In this document: one piece after another, positions 34,382 through 40,871 of the stretch
Position numbering within the stretch: position 1 is the first letter of the stretch
Layout: each line of letters begins with the position of its first letter
Virus genome (UHGV): UHGV-1368307
Source of the DNA: a virus
Length of the DNA: 40,871 nucleotides
Strand: one strand, 5' to 3'
Notes under the pieces: model-generated
What the model saw: the letters and a program-made list of their open reading frames with translations, nothing else
The model's database searches: none
What the model was told of the DNA's origin: nothing
Made by a program: the position numbers and the translations under genes

Positions 34382-37300
34382 TTACCATGTTCCCGTGATT
34401 CTCCCGATCTGCACCCTCAACACATTGTTGGCATCCTTGACACTGATCGTTTGATTAGTCTGCTTCATGGCTCCCTCACCAGCTGTCGAACCGTAGTTCT
34501 CAAACGTACCTCCCTTATCCAGCCTCCATCCGACTGAGCCAGCGACATAGTTATTGGACTGGATGTAGTTGCCAATCTTGGCGTTGCCGATGGTGCCGTC
34601 CTGAATGAAGCTGGCCCTGATGAATGTCTGCCCGTTTTGAATAACGAAGGGCAAACTTACAGTTCCGCCAGCCTGAGACATCACCGCAAATCGGTCAGCC
34701 AGGAACAATACCTGCGACTGCATTCCGGATGGAGTGTTCTGAACACCAATACCCATGCCTGCAGCATACTGACGGCCGTTAGCATCAACAGCCACCTTAA
34801 TGCTGTACATCGCATTCAGATTATTGTTGATGTCTGCTGATACCTGCGCATTCTGAACAATGGAGGCCTGCTGGCCATTAACGGTAACCTTCAGCGAATT
34901 GATCTGAGTAGCCGAAGCCTGTGTGAAATCAGCAAGCGTCTTTGACAGGTCAGTGACATTCGCGGTATTCCCACCGGTACTGGAGTCAAGGGTGCGCAAC
35001 GACTCAGCAACAGCTTTACTGGCATCGGCCATTACATTATCGACCCGCTCAATACCGGCTTTGTTATCGCCATATTGCACGCTCAGAAGGTTACGCTGGT
35101 TAACCTGCGCGAGCGTGCTGGTGATCAGCGCGATAGCATTGTTCTGAATACCTCCGCTGGCCTTATCAGTTTGTGCACCCAGTTCTTCCAGACGTGATGC
35201 CATTGAGGAATCGAGGTCTGTAACAACCTGGCTAAGGTCAGTGATTGATGCAGTATTCTGAGCACCTACAGCAGCAGCTGAATCAGCTTTATCAGAGGCG
35301 CTCTGCGTGGCAGCAGTCAATTGGCTTACCGCAGAAGCGCGCGCTTCAGTTTCCGTCGCTAATGCCTGGCGAACATCAGTAATACCGGCTTCATTCTGCG
35401 CAGTTTTTGCCTCAAGACGGGTAACATCAGTAACTCGCGCCTCCGTCTCAGTGGCGATCACCTCCCGGAGCTGTTCGAATGTCGCAGAATTAGCCTCCTG
35501 CTGCGCAGTCTGCCTCACAACAACATCAGCAATTGCCAGAGCATTGCCGATAATTGCTTCGGCTGTCTGCTTATTCGACCCCACGGCAGCAGCCAGGCCA
35601 TCAGCATTCGCCTTAATTGCATCAGACAGTTCCGTGAATTTAGCGCTACTATCGACCGCACTTTCAATCAAATCCTTAAATACGTCAGAGACTTTAATCT
35701 CCTCAAGGATTGCATCGGTAATGTCGGAAACATCGATGCTGGCCTGTCCTCGCACCCATTCTGTGAAACCTGATTCGTTGCCGCTGCGGTCCACCAGCTG
35801 CGCGCGGTACCAGAAAATTTGCCCAGCCTTAAGGCCCATCTGCTGATATTTGCGCTGCGGGTAAGGCACATCGGCCAGCAGCATCGCATCGTCTTCGGTA
35901 CCGGTCAGACTGTACTGAATTTCCGTCTTCAGCGTGTCGTCGGTATTCGCCGGGAATCCCCAATTCAGCTCGATACCGAATACCACGTTTTCAGAAGCGA
36001 TAAAGCCAACCGGCTTCGGTGGATTGCCCACTTTACCAGTAAGATTTACTTCTGGTGATGTCGCCCACACTGATGAAACGTCGCTGGCGTTCACCGCCCT
36101 GACGCGGACCAGATAGCGACCCGAGTAGATACCCTGCACTTCAAAGCCGAGAGAAGACGTTCGGGGCACACTAATCCAGTTGCCGCTGTCACGCCGCCAT
36201 TCCGCCTCGTACGCAACTGCACCCTGAACAGCATCCCAGGCAACGCGCATGGTGGTAATCGCAATGTTCTGGTTAACCGTAGAGTAACTGTCTACGACAA
36301 TATTTCCTGGGGGAGCCTGAACCCCCGGTGGAATGACACTGACTGGCCGCTCGTCCAGTCTTGCGCCGGTATCAACTGCGGAATAGATATCAGGGTTGTA
36401 AGTCGTCCCGGTGACCTCGAAAGTACCGTCGTTGTTGTCCCGCGCTCCCGTAACACGGAAAAGCGCTATAAACAGATCGTCAGAGTCCACACCCCAGTTA
36501 CATTCAGCCTCCGGCGTTTCGCTGTAGGGTGTGGTGACAGTGACTGTGTTTCCGTTAACGGCCTGGACGGTTCTGGCCTGAGCTGTGCCTGACGGAAGAT
36601 TCAAAAACAGCCTGTTACCGGCTTTCACATCAGCAGCGCGATCGAGGGTTATGTTGCGACCGTTAACCGCACTCACCCTGCCGCCGATAGTTCTTCCGGC
36701 CAGCTCGTTAGCAGTCACGCCGATCACCTCACCAACAGGGGGGACGTCCATGCCTGTGCTGAAGGTTACAACCTCGCCGATACCGTTGGTAAGCAGCGCC
36801 CAGCGCCCCCGCCGGTTTGCCTCTGACTGCCTGGTGCAGCCGATCGCAGTCATTTCGAGCTGACGATAATCGAAGCGCATGGCCAGATCGCTATCGTAAA
36901 CAGGCTCAGGCGTATCTTTGTAGTGGTTGGCAGGGTCTGACCAGTTCACCAGCGCGGCAGTGTTTCGGGTGGTTTCGCTCGGGTCCGCAAAGGTAAATTT
37001 TCCTTCAACAACGCTGGCGTGGTTGTAGATGTGCCACACATCCTGGGGCATATCGGCCAGGACATACATCTTATTGTCGCCCCAGTACGTCATGCCGCGA
37101 AATATACCCGCCAGATCACGAAGTACGGTCCAGGCGTCATTACGGTCCTGGATATAAACGTTGCAACGAAAACGAGGCTCCGTCCCGCTGCCGCCCTTGC
37201 CGTCTGGTACCAGTTGATCGCAATACTGAGCGATGCGATAAAGTTCCCATTTGTCTATCTGAGTCGCATCGATTCTTTGACCCAGCCCGAAGCGCTCGTT

Positions 37301-38185
37301 CAGAATGATGTCGTAATAAATCCAGGCAGGGTTATCCGTCCACGCCCATTTAAATACGCCCTCCCATGTACCAGAATAAGTGCGGGTTTCGGGATCATAA
37401 GTATCAGGTACACGGATGATTCGCCCTTTCGGATTGCACACAACCTGAGGAATGCCATTAGGGAACTGCTTTGCGTCAAACTCTACATACAGCAGCGCTG
37501 TGTTAACGTAGCGAAGTTTGGCGTCAATAATTTCAGTAACGGCCACAACGCGCATGGTGTCGACGATATTCATGCTCGTGGAATCCGGCGTGATTCTGCG
37601 AACCCGCAACTGCCATCCAGTCGAGGCTTTCGGAAGATTGACGCGGTGGCTGCGCTCATAAAGCGACGTGGTTTTGTCATCAACAGCACCGTTAACCACC
37701 GTTTCATACGGCCCGCCATCGACCGACAGATCGATAGCATACTCGACGCGGGTGCCGACTTTATCACCGTTGTTTTTCTGGAGTAAAAGAGTTGGCCATC
37801 CCAGGCGAATTCGCAGCGCAGAGAGCTGCGTGTTGGATACCGCGCGCACGTACGGCACAGCCTGTTTCAGCTCGTATGAAACCTGAAGTTCGTTTTCAAT
37901 GCCGGGGAAGCCCTGAATGTAGTCCTGGTCCTGAGTACCGGAACGGAACTCATATTTCACATTATTGAAGTTATAACTTCCGTCGGCGTTCTGAAGAGGC
38001 GTATAGGAAGATGAGTCACCAAGAAAAATATTTTTACCATCAAGCCCGCCGGCGAACTCCCCCTCCCCAAGAGCAATCAGCACCTTTGCCCTTGCAATTG
38101 ACTGAATGCTGTCTGGTGCCTCAACAGGCGTTCGGGTCTGATTGCTGCCACCTTTGCCGCGGCCTTTGATGATTGTCGTCGTCAT
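34382..38185 (-). CDS. J: Central tail fibre / host specificity protein J. Likely start ATG at 38185; the track ORF is N-extended to 38221.
   Basis: 1267 aa. The N-terminus IIKGRGKGGSNQTRTPVEAPDSIQS aligns with lambda J MGKGSSKGHTPREAKDNLKS. Large and fibronectin-like. Confidence 0.9.
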   Translation of the reverse strand: MTTTIIKGRGKGGSNQTRTPVEAPDSIQSIARAKVLIALGEGEFAGGLDGKNIFLGDSSSYTPLQNADGSYNFNNVKYEFRSGTQDQDYIQGFPGIENELQVSYELKQAVPYVRAVSNTQLSALRIRLGWPTLLLQKNNGDKVGTRVEYAIDLSVDGGPYETVVNGAVDDKTTSLYERSHRVNLPKASTGWQLRVRRITPDSTSMNIVDTMRVVAVTEIIDAKLRYVNTALLYVEFDAKQFPNGIPQVVCNPKGRIIRVPDTYDPETRTYSGTWEGVFKWAWTDNPAWIYYDIILNERFGLGQRIDATQIDKWELYRIAQYCDQLVPDGKGGSGTEPRFRCNVYIQDRNDAWTVLRDLAGIFRGMTYWGDNKMYVLADMPQDVWHIYNHASVVEGKFTFADPSETTRNTAALVNWSDPANHYKDTPEPVYDSDLAMRFDYRQLEMTAIGCTRQSEANRRGRWALLTNGIGEVVTFSTGMDVPPVGEVIGVTANELAGRTIGGRVSAVNGRNITLDRAADVKAGNRLFLNLPSGTAQARTVQAVNGNTVTVTTPYSETPEAECNWGVDSDDLFIALFRVTGARDNNDGTFEVTGTTYNPDIYSAVDTGARLDERPVSVIPPGVQAPPGNIVVDSYSTVNQNIAITTMRVAWDAVQGAVAYEAEWRRDSGNWISVPRTSSLGFEVQGIYSGRYLVRVRAVNASDVSSVWATSPEVNLTGKVGNPPKPVGFIASENVVFGIELNWGFPANTDDTLKTEIQYSLTGTEDDAMLLADVPYPQRKYQQMGLKAGQIFWYRAQLVDRSGNESGFTEWVRGQASIDVSDITDAILEEIKVSDVFKDLIESAVDSSAKFTELSDAIKANADGLAAAVGSNKQTAEAIIGNALAIADVVVRQTAQQEANSATFEQLREVIATETEARVTDVTRLEAKTAQNEAGITDVRQALATETEARASAVSQLTAATQSASDKADSAAAVGAQNTASITDLSQVVTDLDSSMASRLEELGAQTDKASGGIQNNAIALITSTLAQVNQRNLLSVQYGDNKAGIERVDNVMADASKAVAESLRTLDSSTGGNTANVTDLSKTLADFTQASATQINSLKVTVNGQQASIVQNAQVSADINNNLNAMYSIKVAVDANGRQYAAGMGIGVQNTPSGMQSQVLFLADRFAVMSQAGGTVSLPFVIQNGQTFIRASFIQDGTIGNAKIGNYIQSNNYVAGSVGWRLDKGGTFENYGSTAGEGAMKQTNQTISVKDANNVLRVQIGRITGTW

Positions 38186-38194
38186 ATCGCGTCC

Positions 38195-38219
38195 ATAAAA
38201 AAAGCCACCGTCAGGTGGC
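38195..38219 (-). terminator. Terminator-like hairpin between I and J.
   Basis: gccacc-tgac-ggtggc hairpin followed by T8 on the minus strand, immediately before the J start. Confidence 0.4.
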
Positions 38220-38238
38220 ATGCAGTACGTGGTTTGGT

Positions 38239-38826
38239 TTATTGCTGATCTTCTGCATAAATCCCGGCGGAGATAATCGCGCCGCCAATTTCCCGTTGCC
38301 CATAAAGCAGGGGGACGGGATTGCCAGATGCCGTCGTGTTAACGGGACCACCAAACGCATAGGAGGGTTTGTTATCAGGTTCCTGACGCATTCGCAGACC
38401 TGAAACCTGAGGAGAGAGCATCTGCACTACACCACCAACGGCCATAGAGCCAGCTGCGGCATATAGTGCCATTTGTGTGCTTGCTGCCCATCCTATTGGG
38501 TTCCACCAGGTAAAGGCCGCAATTGCGGCGGCAGTAACAATTTGAAAGAGCCCCGCCCTTTTACTACCGCGTATGACAGGGATAATACGGAGCTCATCAC
38601 CAGGCCCAAGAAGATCAAACTCTTCCTTGCCTATGTTTATTTGGTTTCGGAAGATGACAAAGTCCAGCCCTTTCGCTCTGGTCTCGCGCAGGTAGGAATT
38701 AAATCCATCAATGGTGTTAGAAAGCGCCCTGAAAACTTCGCTGGCGGACGTTAGTGCACGGCGATGTGTCCTGCCAAATCGCTGAGCCATTGAGCCGCTG
38801 AGTTTGATAACGGTTTTTCTTTCCAT
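38239..38826 (-). CDS. I: Tail assembly protein I.
   Basis: 195 aa with a C-terminal hydrophobic Gly/Ala-rich segment, as in lambda gpI. Confidence 0.85.
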   Translation of the reverse strand: MERKTVIKLSGSMAQRFGRTHRRALTSASEVFRALSNTIDGFNSYLRETRAKGLDFVIFRNQINIGKEEFDLLGPGDELRIIPVIRGSKRAGLFQIVTAAAIAAFTWWNPIGWAASTQMALYAAAGSMAVGGVVQMLSPQVSGLRMRQEPDNKPSYAFGGPVNTTASGNPVPLLYGQREIGGAIISAGIYAEDQQ

Positions 38827-39536
38827 TACATCAAATCCTTATAACGCAGAATTTTGATGGTACGGTCACGGTAATAGCCACCGTAGGGAATACGCTGGCT
38901 TAGCTGGCCATACATGTGATGCAGTAGCATGTTGCCATCAAGCAAAATCCCGGCATGGTTCGGGACGGTGGACTGAACCTGCATGATAACCATGTCACCT
39001 GGCTGAGCGGGACCGTCGTACTCACGGAAACCGCATTCCTGCCAGTTATCCATATAGAGGTTTTCACCCTGCTCCCACCAGTGGCGATCTACGCTGTAGT
39101 TGGGCAGTTCTATGCCGTGCTCGATGCGGAAATAGTCCATGATGAGAGACCAGCAGTCTGCATACCCGAGTACAAACTGGCGCCCTGTGAGGGGACGGTC
39201 TCCGCGAGGCATGACGGTGCGAATGTCGCCCTCCGGCCACGATGCAATAATCCAGGGCAGTTCCGTGGCATCACACATCAGCATGTCGAGCTCGCTCGGC
39301 TGAGTTGTTGCCCCGTCGCCGGGATGGCTGTGGACGATCGCCACCACAGTGCCCTGCTCTTCGGCTGCCGAATAATCCTCAGGATTAATTTCAAATTGCT
39401 CAGTCGGCGACTCAGCATTATTTTTGCAGGGGATGTATTTCTCCACCCGCCCCTTCTGAATAACCATGCCACAGCACTCCTCGGGGAAGGATGCGGCGGC
39501 ATGCGCCAGAATGGCGCTAACTGTTTTGTCGCGCAT
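38826..39536 (-). CDS. K: Tail tip assembly protein K (MPN/JAB plus NlpC/P60-like).
   Basis: HSHPGDGATTQPSELD JAMM-like motif and a C-terminal Cys-His hydrolase region. Confidence 0.85.
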   Translation of the reverse strand: MRDKTVSAILAHAAASFPEECCGMVIQKGRVEKYIPCKNNAESPTEQFEINPEDYSAAEEQGTVVAIVHSHPGDGATTQPSELDMLMCDATELPWIIASWPEGDIRTVMPRGDRPLTGRQFVLGYADCWSLIMDYFRIEHGIELPNYSVDRHWWEQGENLYMDNWQECGFREYDGPAQPGDMVIMQVQSTVPNHAGILLDGNMLLHHMYGQLSQRIPYGGYYRDRTIKILRYKDLM

Positions 39537-39538
39537 GA

Positions 39539-40297
39539 TTATCCTCTCAGAAGTGAAGCGCCGGGGAACCCGCCATAATCCAGCTGTTCATTCTCTCCGA
39601 AGCGAGGTTTACAGCCCGTTGACAGCAATCCGGAGCAAACATCCTGTGAAGGATCATCAACCCGATTGCCGTCTTTATCGAACCAGCCGTTTTGCCCGGC
39701 GTAGGTGCAGCCGTTCCCGGTTTTGTACCAGCCCCGCATGCACCACGTGCACATTGGCTGAATTTGCCGGGTAGGAATGAGTTGCCCGCGCAGATCGGCT
39801 GGACTGGAAAGCTCAAACTCTACGGTTTCATCGTCTGATCCTGATTTACGGTCGATGTAATAAACCTGTTTGCGCTCCTCGTTGGGGTTCGCAGTCGGGT
39901 TCCCATCAGGGAAGTTTCTGGCGTCCAGATAGTGTGCGAAAGTGTCATGGATGATCACCTTAGCTTTAGCCATCCCCTGAAATCTTCGGCACAGCGCGCC
40001 AATCGTACCGCTGATGTTTGCAACAGTGAGTGACGGCCGTGAGCTCTGGCCGTCACTGCTGACAGATATGCCGGTCAGTTCATACGGCCACGCGCCATAC
40101 TCCTGCCCCTGCCACCACACCGACTTCGGCTCAAGTTTTGACTCGTCGCCGCCTGCGGCGATGATTTCCGCCTCGGTATGCGGGATTGTCTCGTTGTGAA
40201 AGCGAAGAATACCCGCACCGAACGCTGAGCCGTCCACCTCGATCAGGCGGACGCGCTTACCCGGTTCCAGTTTCTGGACATCAGATGAAATACTCAT
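39539..40297 (-). CDS. L: Minor tail protein L. Real start ATG at 40297 in an ATGA overlap with the M stop.
   Basis: C-terminal Cys cluster CTWCMRGWYKTGNGCTYAG as in lambda gpL. Confidence 0.85.
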   Translation of the reverse strand: MSISSDVQKLEPGKRVRLIEVDGSAFGAGILRFHNETIPHTEAEIIAAGGDESKLEPKSVWWQGQEYGAWPYELTGISVSSDGQSSRPSLTVANISGTIGALCRRFQGMAKAKVIIHDTFAHYLDARNFPDGNPTANPNEERKQVYYIDRKSGSDDETVEFELSSPADLRGQLIPTRQIQPMCTWCMRGWYKTGNGCTYAGQNGWFDKDGNRVDDPSQDVCSGLLSTGCKPRFGENEQLDYGGFPGASLLRG

Positions 40298-40632
40298 GGA
40301 TGGTATGCCTGTATGAATGTGCTGCTGAGGGTGTATTTTTTGTTGCCGTGGGTAGATATCTGGAAGGATTCCGCGCGCCATAAACCTGAAGGCTCAAGCG
40401 GTGGCTTCCAGATAAATGACTTCCACCCTGCATGTCTGTTCAGAAAGTTTTTAATGGCCTGAATGTAAGCCTCGTCGCCGGTAAAGCTCACGCTCCACTG
40501 AGGTGTTACCGGGTTGATGCCGTCCCCGGCCACCTGTGTATAGCCATCGCCAAACTGCGCCTTTCGGGTACGAAAACTTGTATCAACCTGAGAGGCAACC
40601 TTTGGGCACCAGCTGAAGGTTTCGACTGCCAT
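40294..40632 (-). CDS. M: Minor tail protein M. Real start ATG at 40632.
   Basis: 112 aa. AGGGAG RBS. Follows the tape-measure stop by 5 nt. Confidence 0.8.
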   Translation of the reverse strand: MAVETFSWCPKVASQVDTSFRTRKAQFGDGYTQVAGDGINPVTPQWSVSFTGDEAYIQAIKNFLNRHAGWKSFIWKPPLEPSGLWRAESFQISTHGNKKYTLSSTFIQAYHP

Positions 40633-40634
40633 GG

Positions 40635-40871
40635 TTAAACTCCCTTGATTAATCGCCACAGAGGCGAGCCCGGCATGCTGGCCTGTTCGTTAATGACACC
40701 AGTGATGGCATCCTTAAGCTGCCTGCCTGCTGCTCCGGCAGTACCCTGACTGGACGCCTGTGGAGATCCGCCCTGAATATTGATATCGCCGAAGTTAACT
40801 GAAGGCACGCCACCAGAGACCTGCGGAGTACCAACTGCCCGAACACCCAGCGAACCATCAGCGGCGCGCGT
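40635..40871 (-). CDS. H: Tape measure protein, C-terminal 79 codons, contiguous with 1..3255 across the circular junction. Stop TAA at 40637..40635.
   Basis: Frame with codon low coordinates divisible by 3 is open from 40871 down to the TAA. It is the same frame reached by wrapping from position 1. It ends 5 nt before the M start, as in lambda H-M. Confidence 0.6.
   Translation of the reverse strand, partial: TRAADGSLGVRAVGTPQVSGGVPSVNFGDINIQGGSPQASSQGTAGAAGRQLKDAITGVINEQASMPGSPLWRLIKGV

Noticed and set aside
37019-37786. 255-aa plus-strand ORF.
   Set aside because: Antisense within J.
38955-39578. 207-aa plus-strand ORF.
   Set aside because: Antisense within K.
40649-40858. 69-aa minus-strand ORF at the window end.
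   Set aside because: Wrong frame. The tape-measure C-terminus occupies the frame whose codons start at coordinates divisible by 3, ending at 40635.

Overview
The window reads as a complete, circularly closed about 40.9 kb temperate siphophage genome, not a chromosomal fragment. The tape-measure gene starts at 3255 on the minus strand, runs off position 1 and ends in-frame at a TAA at 40637..40635 (237+3255 = 3492 nt = 1164 codons). This places the ends of the window inside one gene. The layout is lambdoid with an HK97-type head module. On the minus strand, in transcription order, are antiterminator Q, the late-promoter region with tR', a lysis cassette (two membrane proteins, GH19 endolysin, overlapped Rz/Rz1 spanins), a cargo block with glycosyltransferases, several HNH/AP2 endonucleases, TerS and TerL, portal, ClpP-like protease, HK97-fold capsid, connector, adaptor, gp10-like, U-like, V, G/T with a -1 frameshift, a secreted moron, tape measure H, then M, L, K, I, J, two paralogous proteins, a Cor-like lipoprotein and a side tail fibre. 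The replication and immunity genes sit between them. These are an O-like initiator with iterons inside the gene, a DnaC-like loader, a DnaB-type helicase, a cro-like gene, divergent cI with TTTAGC-N5-GCTAAA operators, then on the plus strand pL, an AT-rich early-left accessory block of unknown genes, xis, int and a candidate attP. Morons with their own promoter/terminator signals include a dinI-like gene with an SOS box, a secreted Cys-rich protein and a Cor-like lipoprotein. The most unusual content is a glycosyltransferase set in the late operon. It comprises a 485-aa GT2-plus-second-domain protein in a terminator-bounded three-gene cassette (14654..17189) and a GT25-like protein wedged between three tandem HNH endonucleases. 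The second item is the early-left block, which lacks recognisable N or recombination genes and instead carries small acidic proteins and an overlapped basic 79-aa ORF. All family assignments rest on motif recognition by eye, not database searches.
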